DNA of 63,739 nucleotides, filler included, from Trichomonas gallinae (lineage: Eukaryota): the NCBI GenBank assembly GCA_008369845.1. It is 4 parts of 4 records of this genome, joined end to end, with 100 filler letters (N's around TTAATTAATTAA, not from the genome) between each part and the next. Parts side by side here need not be neighbours in the genome. Positions count along the whole stretch, not along the records: positions 1 to 29,137 come from MRSU01000210.1; 3 more parts are not named here. One strand, written 5' to 3'. A program made the translations under genes and the position numbers. Below, one piece after another: positions 1 to 10,380 of this stretch. Each line of letters starts with the position of its first letter. Within the stretch, counting starts at the first letter, position 1. A model generated the notes under the pieces. That model worked only from the letters and a program-made list of their open reading frames with translations. It had not been told where the DNA came from and made no database searches.

Positions 1-113
1 ATATCATTATATTAATGCATATAATATATTGGCAAAGTTTGGAGCAAAAATACATTTCTATCGTCATTGGTACACCTCTAAATACACACATAAACATATT
101 ACAATAAAAAAAA

Positions 114-2411
114 TTAAATTGGCGAAGGGTCTGGAGAAAAGATAAATCGTGTAAATGCCGATATTTCTGTATCAGCTTCCATCATTATCTTCAAAACATG
201 CGGGGGAAGTGATGTCGTTCTTTGTGAGAAATTCGGTTTAGTGGTCAACCAGCTGAGCGAGCAGAGTTGTTGTACAAATTTATCCAGGCTCCTTTTGTTA
301 TCACTAAAAACAGAAACTTGGTAGCTCTGCATACGAGAAATTACAATGACACTTGACAAAGGAGTCTTCATATCATTTGTGGGATTCATTATCTCAGGGT
401 GTCCTTCAGAAACCCATACATCGGAAGTAATATTCGAAGCTTGTACGAAAGGAGCAGGATAAACAGAAAAAATTGACGTCCTGTCGAATAACCCAGGGTC
501 ATCGGACTCTCTAATGTCTTTGATTATCATGTCGACAGTCTCCATTTGCACTGACTCTGCAACGAAAGTGAAGAAGAACTCAACAGGAATTCCATTCTCT
601 GCGCATTGGTTGTTGATCATCTTCATGTTCCTGATCAATTGAGAGTTGTTCTGTATCATGATGCGTGTCATCGCGGAGCCTGTGTCATCCACCCAGACGC
701 TGTCGTAGTTCTTAGGGTTGAAAGCTATGTGTATGGAGATCGAGTTGTCAACGCGCGATAAGACAAAAGGCGGCTGATACCTGAACCCGAAGAAAAAGTC
801 GCGGGGCTCAATCAAAGGTATTCTGCCGTAAAGCGAATCTTGGAGAGATCGAAGGGCCGCGTACAACTCGAACGCGTGCATCATTATGTCTTCCTCTGTG
901 GAATTAATGATTGTGTGCTCTGTGAAATTCACGTAGCCGAAGTCTGAGCCGAGCTTCGTCGATTCTTGCGTCTTGGTGATGAGGTAGACGAAAACATGAT
1001 GCTCGCGATTGAAAACTAAAGAGTCCTTCTTGTAGAACTCCAATGCCGCGGATAATGCTTTGCCTTCGCTAACCTCTTTCAGGCCTGGCCTCTGCGTGAA
1101 CAATGTCATCTTGCCGAAGCCGAAATACGAGTATTGATGAGTGAGCTGATCGAAAAAAGTAATGATGGAATCAACGGGAATTCCTTTTTCGTAGAAAACT
1201 ACATACGAGCCATCTTTCGGACCAAAAACCGGCGAATATCCATCAGGCTGCCATCTGGATATGAGATCTGACATTGGCTTTTGGGTGTTCGTGCCTCCAC
1301 TGTTGACAATTGCATATGGTTGATTTGCATCTCGTCCTTTGAAGGGTGTAAGCTTATCTTCGATGTCGGATGGGGCAACAGATTGACAGAATATGTGAGG
1401 ACTTGCGTTTAACGTGTAAACAGTTGTACCTTGATATTGAAGATTTATTTCTTCAACAGTTCGCGGCAAATCATAGCAATTATTAAATGAAAACCTGATT
1501 TTAGACATTACATTGTCGTCATTAGTGATTTGTGAAAGAATTTGTTCATGAAACGGAATATTTGGTATTTTTTCATCAGATGATTTGTCTTCTGATGAAG
1601 ATTTATTTTTATTTCTAACTGCATTGTAAAATGCTTCCATTGATTCGGTTGACATGTGAGGAGGATGAAAGATTCTTGGATCATCATGAGATTCTGCTTT
1701 TTCTTCAGTTATATAGAACATATTTAGGGATTTTGGTGGATATGATATAAGAATATACTTTGATGTTGTTACATCGATTGATATTATGTCATCTTTTAGC
1801 GGAGATTTTAATTTTATTATTTTATCTCTCGTAGATATTATTTTATATGGAAATTCATGAGGAGGTACTAAAATAAAGCTGCCAATTGGTGGAATTCTTG
1901 GATATTCAATGCATAATGATGGATTTAATTCGCAAGTTTCTCTGATTACAATTTTGTTTCCTTTGTATAGCGGATATATTTTGTATACAGCAGGTATTGG
2001 CCATGCTCTTGATTTTGGTGTGATAATAAATGATGTAAAATAATAACATTTCAAATCTGTTTTCTCGAAGTATAATTTTAGCGTCAGGGCTCTTTGTAGC
2101 AATGGTAAATAATTATATTGTAAGTCACGTTCGAAATTCCATTCGTAAGGTATGGATCGTAACCAATCTGGCAATTCTATAGATTTATTGTCAATATTGA
2201 ATATCAAAATACCTGGTATATTCCTTTTGGAGACATCAGATGGAGGATCATGAATATAAATAGAAGCAAAACCTTGCATGGCAAGAATACGCGAAAAAAT
2301 CAACAATTTTGTATCAATTTCTTTTGAATGTGGTTTTTCTTCGGCCTCATATACATAAAGAATATGAATGGGCTCTCTTATTTCTCCTGAATTCGATAAA
2401 TTCCATTCCAT
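114..2411 (-). CDS. MED13: Mediator kinase-module subunit MED13 homologue (MID + medPIWI domains)
   Basis: WQPDGYSPVFGPKDGSYVVF...FFDQLTHQYSYFGFG matches the MED13 MID pattern (W..PY.GPKD.AYVV..FF.DL...YE....G). YQPPFVLS and the C-terminal LSWLTTKPNFSQRTTSLPPH match MED13 Y.PPFILA and LSWLT.DP....R.SCLP.H. The ORF is open to 2504, but ATG 2411 (MEWNLS) is preferred because AAAGTGAC and TGACATGTAAA promoter-type motifs lie between 2411 and 2504. Confidence 0.85.
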   Translation of the reverse strand: MEWNLSNSGEIREPIHILYVYEAEEKPHSKEIDTKLLIFSRILAMQGFASIYIHDPPSDVSKRNIPGILIFNIDNKSIELPDWLRSIPYEWNFERDLQYNYLPLLQRALTLKLYFEKTDLKCYYFTSFIITPKSRAWPIPAVYKIYPLYKGNKIVIRETCELNPSLCIEYPRIPPIGSFILVPPHEFPYKIISTRDKIIKLKSPLKDDIISIDVTTSKYILISYPPKSLNMFYITEEKAESHDDPRIFHPPHMSTESMEAFYNAVRNKNKSSSEDKSSDEKIPNIPFHEQILSQITNDDNVMSKIRFSFNNCYDLPRTVEEINLQYQGTTVYTLNASPHIFCQSVAPSDIEDKLTPFKGRDANQPYAIVNSGGTNTQKPMSDLISRWQPDGYSPVFGPKDGSYVVFYEKGIPVDSIITFFDQLTHQYSYFGFGKMTLFTQRPGLKEVSEGKALSAALEFYKKDSLVFNREHHVFVYLITKTQESTKLGSDFGYVNFTEHTIINSTEEDIMMHAFELYAALRSLQDSLYGRIPLIEPRDFFFGFRYQPPFVLSRVDNSISIHIAFNPKNYDSVWVDDTGSAMTRIMIQNNSQLIRNMKMINNQCAENGIPVEFFFTFVAESVQMETVDMIIKDIRESDDPGLFDRTSIFSVYPAPFVQASNITSDVWVSEGHPEIMNPTNDMKTPLSSVIVISRMQSYQVSVFSDNKRSLDKFVQQLCSLSWLTTKPNFSQRTTSLPPHVLKIMMEADTEISAFTRFIFSPDPSPI

Positions 2412-3099
2412 AGCAATTTTCCACCTTTTGTCACTTTTTGGATCTTTCCAGAACAAAATGACATGTAAATTTACAAATGTCAAATGTTTAATAAGGGGGT
2501 GCATCGAATTTTTATATTAATTCTTTGCGATAATATAAGTGTTGCAGTGCTTTATGTCAAAATGAGATTCCATTTGCAGACTGCACGAGTTATTTTTCAA
2601 TGATTCATACATATTTTTTCAATTTATTTCTTCCCTACATTGTAATATACACAAACAATGCCATGATATAACTGGCACGATGAAAAATGATCGAAAAGCA
2701 TCATGTTTGAATACGGATATGAAAGAAGAGGGACTTCAGAATAAATTCTATTTCTATTCATACATGCAACACTATGTAACTTATATGAATATGATATTGA
2801 ACTACTTTTCTGGCTTCATTTGGCTTGATTCTCTGTTTCTTTCGATGTTAATTCAAATTGTTGAATCTTGTTTAACTTCATTGTATCATGAATCACAACT
2901 CCTATATATATAACATTAATCAGAAAAATGCATTTTACACAATACTCCACAAAGATTTGTTAAATCAAGCGATAGTTTATAAATCAGACTGATTTACACT
3001 TTAAATCACTGATAACAGCACTAAGAAGAATTCACTGCACATTTAAAATCCAGAAAAACGCTTTTTTTGAATGCTTCAGATTCAAAAATGTCTGGCGGC

Positions 3100-3720
3100 T
3101 GTGAATCTGCTTCTGTGTTCATCCAATATCAGCAAATACAGTAAATACAGCCATGGCTGCTGATTCTAAATCATTTTGGATCTAATCTTAAAAACAACAT
3201 CAAGTAATATATCTTTGATCAAAGAAACAGCGCGCTTAAGTTATCATCTGTTGGAGCGCATGTCAAAATATGTGAATAAAGCCAGAAAAGTCTACATAGG
3301 TCCATTTCACCAAAGCAAGCATAGAATGAGAAGTACCACAATGAATGGAACACTGGATCCAAGGAAGCGAGCAAACGAGCAACGAAAGGCCTCACGAAAT
3401 TGGCCACATTCTAGACATAACTGTATGGGGCAACTCTTTATTGAGTGCAAGACGCCAGCAAATATTTCAGCAGCAACAACATGGTGATCTATTGTTGATT
3501 GTTGATGTATCATGGAATCTGCTCTTTCGAACAATCTCTTCGTGAAGTCGAATCCGAGGAGTCTGCACAAAGCACATCAGAGCTGGACCCTCGAAGAGAA
3601 GTTGTCTTCTTTGTGGATTTGCACGTCAACAAATAAAGTGATCAATGTATCAAGAGCAGTAGAGCTCGGACAAAGATACATATGATCAGAAGACTGGACA
3701 AGGAAAGTTGGTTCTGAATT
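3100..3720 (-). pseudogene. Disrupted fragment of a PA200/Blm10 (PSME4-like) proteasome activator gene
   Basis: Reads ...FSSRVQL*CALCRLLGFDF...HHVVAAEIFAGVLHSIK, then after a frameshift and stop ...LWYFSFYACFGEMDLCRLFWLYSHIL. This resembles PSME4 'VAEIIAGLIRGSK' and 'W..........D.R.L.WL'. It has in-frame stops and frameshifts and is a small internal fragment only; boundaries are approximate. Confidence 0.7.
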
Positions 3721-3804
3721 ATATGTTAAAACTACTAACTATAATTAAAATAAATATAGAGATTTAATCTAACAAAACATATCGAATATAAATAAAAAAC
3801 AAAA

Positions 3805-5268
3805 TCAAATTATATTTCCGGTTGATAGATCGCGGATCTTCTGAAGTGCGGCAGCAAGTTGTTCCCTAAGCTCGCTGTTTTCTTTCTGAAGGGCAACATA
3901 TTGTTCTCTAGGAACCGTGTCAGATAATTCAGCATACAGCCTGTTTCCGCACCTTGTCCTTTCCATTAACTGTGTAACTTGCTCCTGGTAGCAGTGCTCT
4001 ACAGAATCCAAATACTTTTGGACTTGCGACAAGACATCAGTTTTGACTGGATTAAAAATAGGTGTCGGAATGTCAAAGCCGTCATCAATCAAACTCTCGT
4101 CGACTGTTGTTGTAGTATAAACTTCCGATGCGTCCACGGCGAAGCTCAATGAAAAAGCTGTATCTTCGAACTGCTCAACACCCGGTGTAACGTTAACAAT
4201 AACTGCAGCAACTGCGCATTTTCCTGGCGACTCGAAGAAATCTTTGAACAATCTCGTGATTAAAGATTCTCTGTATGGAATGGCAGACTGCTTAGTTGCT
4301 AATGACCTGATACACTTACCGAGGACTAGCATCGATTTGTTGATATAAACTGACTCTTTGATCCTTTCTTCGCCGATTTTCCCGGTTCTTTCGCAGCCGG
4401 CTAAATCAACAATGGAAATAAAAACAGGCAAATAATGTTCTCTGTGCAAGATAATCCTATAAATTACATGGCTTCGCGATGAGCTGCGGTTGTATGTTGT
4501 TTCTGCTTTATGGCGCTCGCTGTTTGCCTTTAGAAGGAGATCTGAAACTTGAGATTCGTTGGAAATTACCCATTCGCTCGCTCCTTCGATGGATGTCCTT
4601 CCATCTGAGTACCTACCAAGTGCTAACTGGTTTTTGGCTTCACTACGCGGAGAAAGTTTTTTATTTTTATTATTATTTGGAGATTGAGCGAGAAGATCAA
4701 AGATTTTTTCGTTATATATCTCTAGACACGATACTGTAAGCTTTGTATACATTTTCAAAGTCGTATTCATCTGGTTTAAGATTGTTGTCAACGCTCTCTT
4801 CAAAATTCCAGGATCATTGTTTGTACCTTCAATGGTGAATGTTTTGCCTGCACCTGTAACTCCGTATGCAAACAAAAGCATATCTCGTCCTTCACTTAAT
4901 GAAGGTAAAAGTTTCATGAAACTTTCATTGTATACTTCTTCTTGCGTTGATGTTTCATCGAATACTTTTTGAAAATCGTAAAGTTTAGTTTGATTTCTAG
5001 CTGTTGGTGGATGAATTGTGATCTGATTTCCATCAACTTCGACGCAGCTTTCGGTTTCTCCTTCTTTGAGAGGCCTAACACGAAGGTAAATCTGTAAAGC
5101 GTTGCCATGATCTTTGTTTCCATCACTCTTCTTTGCTTTTTTCGTTGGTGTTACATTGAGAAAAGAAGATGATGCGTTTTCGCGACCACGCATTGGAGAG
5201 CGATGCGGGATCTTAAGTAGAAATGAACTTGATGAAGAGTTGAAAAGACTTCGTTTCGAATCACTCAT
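3805..5268 (-). CDS. Kinesin motor protein, kinesin-6 (MKLP/KIF20/KIF23)-like
   Basis: YLRVRP, P-loop LLFAYGVTGAGKTFT, switch I NRSSSRSH, switch II DLAGCER, PYRES, and a short C-terminal coiled coil. The LLF.YGVT.GKT signature favours kinesin-6. Confidence 0.93.
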   Translation of the reverse strand: MSDSKRSLFNSSSSSFLLKIPHRSPMRGRENASSSFLNVTPTKKAKKSDGNKDHGNALQIYLRVRPLKEGETESCVEVDGNQITIHPPTARNQTKLYDFQKVFDETSTQEEVYNESFMKLLPSLSEGRDMLLFAYGVTGAGKTFTIEGTNNDPGILKRALTTILNQMNTTLKMYTKLTVSCLEIYNEKIFDLLAQSPNNNKNKKLSPRSEAKNQLALGRYSDGRTSIEGASEWVISNESQVSDLLLKANSERHKAETTYNRSSSRSHVIYRIILHREHYLPVFISIVDLAGCERTGKIGEERIKESVYINKSMLVLGKCIRSLATKQSAIPYRESLITRLFKDFFESPGKCAVAAVIVNVTPGVEQFEDTAFSLSFAVDASEVYTTTTVDESLIDDGFDIPTPIFNPVKTDVLSQVQKYLDSVEHCYQEQVTQLMERTRCGNRLYAELSDTVPREQYVALQKENSELREQLAAALQKIRDLSTGNII

Positions 5269-6159
5269 AATTTTTACAAAATCTATTCATGTGTACGTTT
5301 AGAAATTTTATCAATGAATTTCTAGTTTTTATTATGATAAATAATATCAATAGAGTCTAAACAAGCTTATATATTGATATGAATTTACAATTTTGATTAT
5401 TTGAAAAAAATGCAATATTTTTGACAAAATAATTGAAATCATCCAAAAATTAGAGTAAGATAGCATTATATACTATATCTATTTATATATTTCAAAAGTT
5501 TAGGACAATAAATGGATAAGAAATTATTTCCGTCATTAATATATAAAAGAAAAACTATTGTTATATGGTAAAAAGTGAATCTATATCGAAAGCATTCACA
5601 TTTTGAGTAACTAATAGCGTTTTACACTGTTTTGATATTTTCAAAAAAATATTTACATTTGTACGTTTAGTTAGCGTTTATATGATTTGTATGTATATAT
5701 GTTCTTGGAAAATGAAGAGTAATTGCTTCAATTATGTAATTGTTGGACTTTAGAAAATTTTTTCCTTAGCAATGGCTCTGGAACGATGATAAATGGGTTT
5801 TAATAGTTCATTGTGATTAAATCTTTTGTCCTTCAAACGCTGGGATAAAACAACAAATTTTCAATTTTTTCAAAACGATTTTTATAAACTTTTGTTAATC
5901 TAATTAGACTTAAAATGTAATTGATAAGCATGTTTTAATAAAATTAAACGATAAAATTTTTATTGCTCAAAATGATGATGAAAATAACAAATTTATATAT
6001 AGTATGTTATTAATATCAAGTTTTTAATCACTTTAAACTTATAAAATTAACTTTTTGAAGAAATTTCGTGATATTTGGGGTCTGCAGATAATACTATATC
6101 TATATTTAAAATAAAATCGAACAAAAAAGTAAAGTTCTCAAAAAGTTTTTTTTTAGAAA

Positions 6160-6363
6160 ATGTCAGAGCCTCAAAAGCAATCCGCGAACAATATATTTGC
6201 GGAAGCAATTACGAAGCTTATGGGCGATGCAGCAAACAAACAATGCATAGGAAATTTAGCGCAAATTTCGCAATTATTAGTTAAAATCGATTCTCAAGTT
6301 CCAGGTGCCGCTGACGCGCTCCTCAATGCAATACTTACAAACTTTAGACAAGCGTATAATTAG
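6160..6363 (+). CDS. Small (67 aa) hypothetical alpha-helical protein
   Basis: GC-richer ORF in very AT-rich flanks, AAAATG start context, plausible amino-acid composition; no recognised motif. Confidence 0.55.
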   Translation: MSEPQKQSANNIFAEAITKLMGDAANKQCIGNLAQISQLLVKIDSQVPGAADALLNAILTNFRQAYN

Positions 6364-6697
6364 ACAGAAATAGAGATTGATTTTTTTGTATTTTGTTATT
6401 TTTTGTTTTTATAAATAAATTTCGATTGTTTTAAGGATAATAGGCTTCATTAGAAATTACATCTATCCTCAAATACTCGCAAAAAATACTCTCAAATCGA
6501 TATTAAAATAATATCAATTTGAATATTTTTTCATAAAGTAAGAGTATTTAGATGCAAGCTATATAAAATACACCCAGAATTGAAATAAGATATGGAAATA
6601 GAAATAACGAATCTTTTTATTTATGAGGTAATTTAAAATACAATTATTTCATCTCACGAAATAATTAGGATCAAAATCAAATTTTTTCGAAGAGACT

Positions 6698-7339
6698 TTA
6701 GCAGCAGCCACCTTCATCTTTCTTTTCCTTCGAAGAATTAAGATCTACGCCGTGGCCTTCAGAGAACGGTTCAATCTTGTTTTCAATAATGTATTTGACA
6801 AGGCCTCTATGGGCTTCATCAAGATTTTGGCCTGTACGAGCGGATGTTTCGAAGAATCCGATGAAATTATACTCCTCGCAGAATTGCTGAATTTCTTCTT
6901 TTGTCTTACCCCAGTTTCCACTCTCGCAGAGGTCAATCTTATTACCAAGAAGCATGCATGGAATTGGCTTTCCTTGAGACGTGAATACTTTGCTATCGAT
7001 ATCTTTCTTCCATTGAACTGCGAGATCGAGAGTCTGGTGTCTCATGACATCGAAGACTAAGAGAGCGCCAACGGCCTCTTGGTAGTAAACGTGAGTCATT
7101 GATCCAAAACGCTCCTGTCCAGCAATATCCCACAACTGCAGGCAAATATCTGTCTTCTCGTCCCATTTGAGATCCTTGCTAGCAAAATCGACGCCAATTG
7201 TTGTCTTGTAATATTCTGAAAATACGCCTTCGACATATTTACGAACTAATGATGTCTTGCCAGTACCCATCTCGCCGACGACGAGGATCTTGAAAATCAT
7301 GTGCACTGGCTCGGTCTCAGTTTCGACAATATCAACCAT
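6698..7339 (-). CDS. RAB32: Rab32/38-family small GTPase
   Basis: GEMGTGKT, TIGVDF, diagnostic WDIAGQERFG, NKID, ETSA and C-terminal GGCC prenylation motif. Start set at MVDIVE (7339). Confidence 0.92.
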   Translation of the reverse strand: MVDIVETETEPVHMIFKILVVGEMGTGKTSLVRKYVEGVFSEYYKTTIGVDFASKDLKWDEKTDICLQLWDIAGQERFGSMTHVYYQEAVGALLVFDVMRHQTLDLAVQWKKDIDSKVFTSQGKPIPCMLLGNKIDLCESGNWGKTKEEIQQFCEEYNFIGFFETSARTGQNLDEAHRGLVKYIIENKIEPFSEGHGVDLNSSKEKKDEGGCC

Positions 7340-7359
7340 TAAAAAATAGAAATTTGACA

Positions 7360-7368
7360 TAACCGTTC
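7360..7368 (-). promoter_or_regulatory. Myb-type M3-like core promoter element (GAACGGTTA)
   Basis: RCGGTT-type motif about 20-30 nt upstream of the Rab32 ATG, resembling the M3 element known from T. vaginalis promoters. Confidence 0.4.
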
Positions 7369-7830
7369 AGAGTGAACTAACTTTTTAAAGCCAATATTTT
7401 TCTTTTATTATCTCTATACATTGTAGAATCCAAAAATGATCCAAAATTGCTTTTTAGACAAATTTATTTTTATCATTATTTTAAAACTTGAAGATATCAC
7501 TAAATTTTATTGATATTTCAATAATATATTATTATATAAATCTTTTTATAATACTTATGGTCATCAATGATAATTTTGATATCAATTCGATGATTTTGTT
7601 TGCAAACGCTATTATTCGTGTAAATAAAACTGTTTTTAACATATTCTTGATTTATGTTTGATTTCAAATTTTATGATTTAAAATATAGACTATGCTGATG
7701 AATTATTTTACCATCTTTGAATTATAATATAGCTGTCTAATATAAATCGTGTAAATTTAACAGATATTTTTATATAACATATTCAAGTCCTGAAATTTAT
7801 AAATATATTAGATTTCAAAGACTTAAAGCT

Positions 7831-8185
7831 ATTGCCAAACTTAAACTCAATATAATAGAAAATATTATATTTTTTAGAATTTTTCATGTATTATTGAGGG
7901 AATAACTGAATAATATATTTTTGTTTCTCTATTTATTACATATATGGTTATTGCCAAACTTAAACTCAATATAATGAAAGATATAATATTTTTCAGGAAT
8001 TTCCATTGACATATGAGGAAATAACTGAATAGTATATTTTCACTTCGCCATTTATAACATACATAGTTATTCACAAACTTAAACTTCATAATGATGAAAG
8101 ATATTAATATTAATCAGGATTTTTCATGGGTTAATGAGGAATTAACTGAATAACATATTTTTGTTTCGTGATTTATAATAGTTTG
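7831..8185. repeat. Degenerate tandem repeat, three units of about 119 bp
   Basis: Units start near 7831, 7950 and 8069 and share CAAACTTAAACT...TGAGG.A.TAACTGAATA..(A)TATTTT...ATTTAT. Confidence 0.85.
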
Positions 8186-8208
8186 TCTAAAGAAAGATTC
8201 ACTTTTTG

Positions 8209-10380
8209 ATGGAGTGGGAGCTCAATTGTTATGAGCTTCAGAAAGAAATCCAAAAACAAATGCTCCATCTCAAAGTGTTGAACGAGCAGATCGATAGAAA
8301 CCAAGGATCTGTGACTTCGATGCTTAAGCAGCTGCTAGTTTCGAAATATTTATATATAAATAGACTTCATATAATGGAAAACTGCGATAAAAGTAAAATA
8401 AAAGACATTCTCAAATACTTTCCGATGCAGGGAGACAAGTTTGAAATCGCTGATTCGTTTACTTCATTAGATTTGCCTGAAGATTTCTCAACAGTTCCGA
8501 TTAAATCATTTTTAAACGCGTTATTCGATAGCTTCGAGAGTTTTCTTCCATCTTTTCATAAAATTAACCCTTCAAAAATTCCACGAAATAAATCAATGAT
8601 TGATTCAACAGCAACTTTACTTAGAACTGTGTTTCCTGCACTTTTTGGATATTGCTGGGCTGCAGAACCAGCAAAAGCTTACACAGATCAATTAGTTTAC
8701 TGGTTTTCACAAATTCTTAAAGAAAATCAAGGCATATACAGAGAATCTTTCGATAAATGGTTTTCTCACGCAATGAGAGGATTTTACGCGAGTTTGAACA
8801 CACTTCCTTTTATAAGAGAAACATTTCAAGAAGTTTTCTTCGAATTTATACAAATATACAATAGTCCGGACAAATTTAATGCGAAAATTTTACTAGGGTT
8901 GGCACAAAAGTTATTAAAAAAGATAAATCAAAATTATTATTTGCTACCAGATGTTTTAAACTCATTTTATCGAGGGATTTTCGATGCTGTTGATCAGTCA
9001 GAGAATATTATAGATAAAGAATCAACAAAAATGAATCTCATTCAGATTTTATTTTTCGAAAACTTGATTAGACCTGTTTTCTTGAATCCTCTCCTATATG
9101 GTGTATGTGAGGTTCCAATAGTTAACGAAGATTCACAATATTTCTCAAATATTTATTTAGTTTTTGGATCAAAATTCAATTCTAAAGAAAGACTGCCTGA
9201 TATTGATAAAGAACTTGCTAAGCTCTCGGAATTCGATGATTTCAAACCATTGGATATATATGAATTAATGATTAACGAAAAAGCAAAATTAAATCTTCCT
9301 TCGCTTTCAACATTCTGCGATATTGTGCAATGTGCTCATCAGCCTCTATTTTTCACAACGAAATCCATCCTTTTATTGTTCAGATTCATTGTTTCAATTC
9401 AACAATTTTCTGATTTTCCTCGCTCAATCGAAAGACCAATAAAGAACATCACGGAGCAAGGCTTAACTGAAGCACTTGAAGATCTTGGTGAGTCTGCCTT
9501 TTGGTTCCAGTGTTTTTCGATGAAATATTTAGGCGTTGAAAATGTTGAAATAAGAAAGAAGAAAAACAACACCCCACTATATATGCTATTGAGCTCTCCA
9601 TCAGTAATCCTCTCGCCTACTCAGTCTGATGCTAGAAAAGCACTCCAAGAGTCTTTGTCGCTAATCAATACAACAACTGACGCGAAAATTCGGTCACAGA
9701 TGTTATATATCCTCAAAAATGCTGACGTTTCTTCAGAAATTTCAAACTTAAGCAAAGAAATAAGCACAGTCGATCGCCTTTTAGCGGAAATATCAGAAAG
9801 AGCAAAGCGATTGAACATTTTGGGAAGAACATTGTCAGAGCTGACTTTTTTGTCGAATCATTCAGGTGTCAAAATATCAATCGCTGCGAGTCTTGCTGCT
9901 GATTTCATTAGCTACGCGAACGAGCATCAGAGTGGCCCGTTGATGGAAAAAATCACTGCGTTGGCTGACTCTTATCTCGGTGTATCGACAGAGTTTTTAG
10001 AGAAATATTTGCTGATGATGTTTGCATTAACAATAAAACCTTTGACGAAAAATGTTGTCAAAAAACACGAATATCAGGTCAACGATGATGTCGTCTCGGA
10101 GCTCAGGAAAATGGTCTCCAGGCCACTGAATATAACAGCTGTCCTTCCGAGAGTGATGATGCTCGCGAAAGACGTTTCGACGATCTTGGTTTACGGAATG
10201 ATGAACGGAATTGAAATTCCTGTTTTAAGATGTTACTCGCCTCCATTCATTGAGAATCCTGCCAGCTTAGCTAAGTCAATAAGCGATTTCATGAATGAGC
10301 TTTCTCCAACAGTCAAGAATAAGATATTTGATGATAAAGAGCTACAGGCTATTGATGTTTTCTTGATGACATTCTTATGA
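8209..10380 (+). CDS. RasGAP-fold (GAPVD1 N-terminal-like) protein
   Basis: LLPDVLNSFY...LFFENLIRPVFLNPLLYGV resembles the RasGAP FxRFxxPAIxNPxxYG signature; N-terminal coiled coil; TCACTTT initiator at 8199, just before ATG 8209. Confidence 0.6.
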   Translation: MEWELNCYELQKEIQKQMLHLKVLNEQIDRNQGSVTSMLKQLLVSKYLYINRLHIMENCDKSKIKDILKYFPMQGDKFEIADSFTSLDLPEDFSTVPIKSFLNALFDSFESFLPSFHKINPSKIPRNKSMIDSTATLLRTVFPALFGYCWAAEPAKAYTDQLVYWFSQILKENQGIYRESFDKWFSHAMRGFYASLNTLPFIRETFQEVFFEFIQIYNSPDKFNAKILLGLAQKLLKKINQNYYLLPDVLNSFYRGIFDAVDQSENIIDKESTKMNLIQILFFENLIRPVFLNPLLYGVCEVPIVNEDSQYFSNIYLVFGSKFNSKERLPDIDKELAKLSEFDDFKPLDIYELMINEKAKLNLPSLSTFCDIVQCAHQPLFFTTKSILLLFRFIVSIQQFSDFPRSIERPIKNITEQGLTEALEDLGESAFWFQCFSMKYLGVENVEIRKKKNNTPLYMLLSSPSVILSPTQSDARKALQESLSLINTTTDAKIRSQMLYILKNADVSSEISNLSKEISTVDRLLAEISERAKRLNILGRTLSELTFLSNHSGVKISIAASLAADFISYANEHQSGPLMEKITALADSYLGVSTEFLEKYLLMMFALTIKPLTKNVVKKHEYQVNDDVVSELRKMVSRPLNITAVLPRVMMLAKDVSTILVYGMMNGIEIPVLRCYSPPFIENPASLAKSISDFMNELSPTVKNKIFDDKELQAIDVFLMTFL

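Noticed and set aside
2412..2612. N-terminal extension of MED13 to 2504, or readthrough of TAA 2519 from ATG 2612
   Set aside because: The region carries promoter-type motifs and shows no recognisable homology. All other genes use TAA as stop, so there is no evidence of recoding.
2680..2913. Short plus-strand ORF (also 3176-3487 and 10880-11077)
   Set aside because: Composition is atypical, there is no motif, and they are probably antisense to relic sequence or random.
7874..8089. 71-aa hydrophobic ORF
   Set aside because: It lies wholly within the AT-rich tandem repeat and is likely a chance frame.
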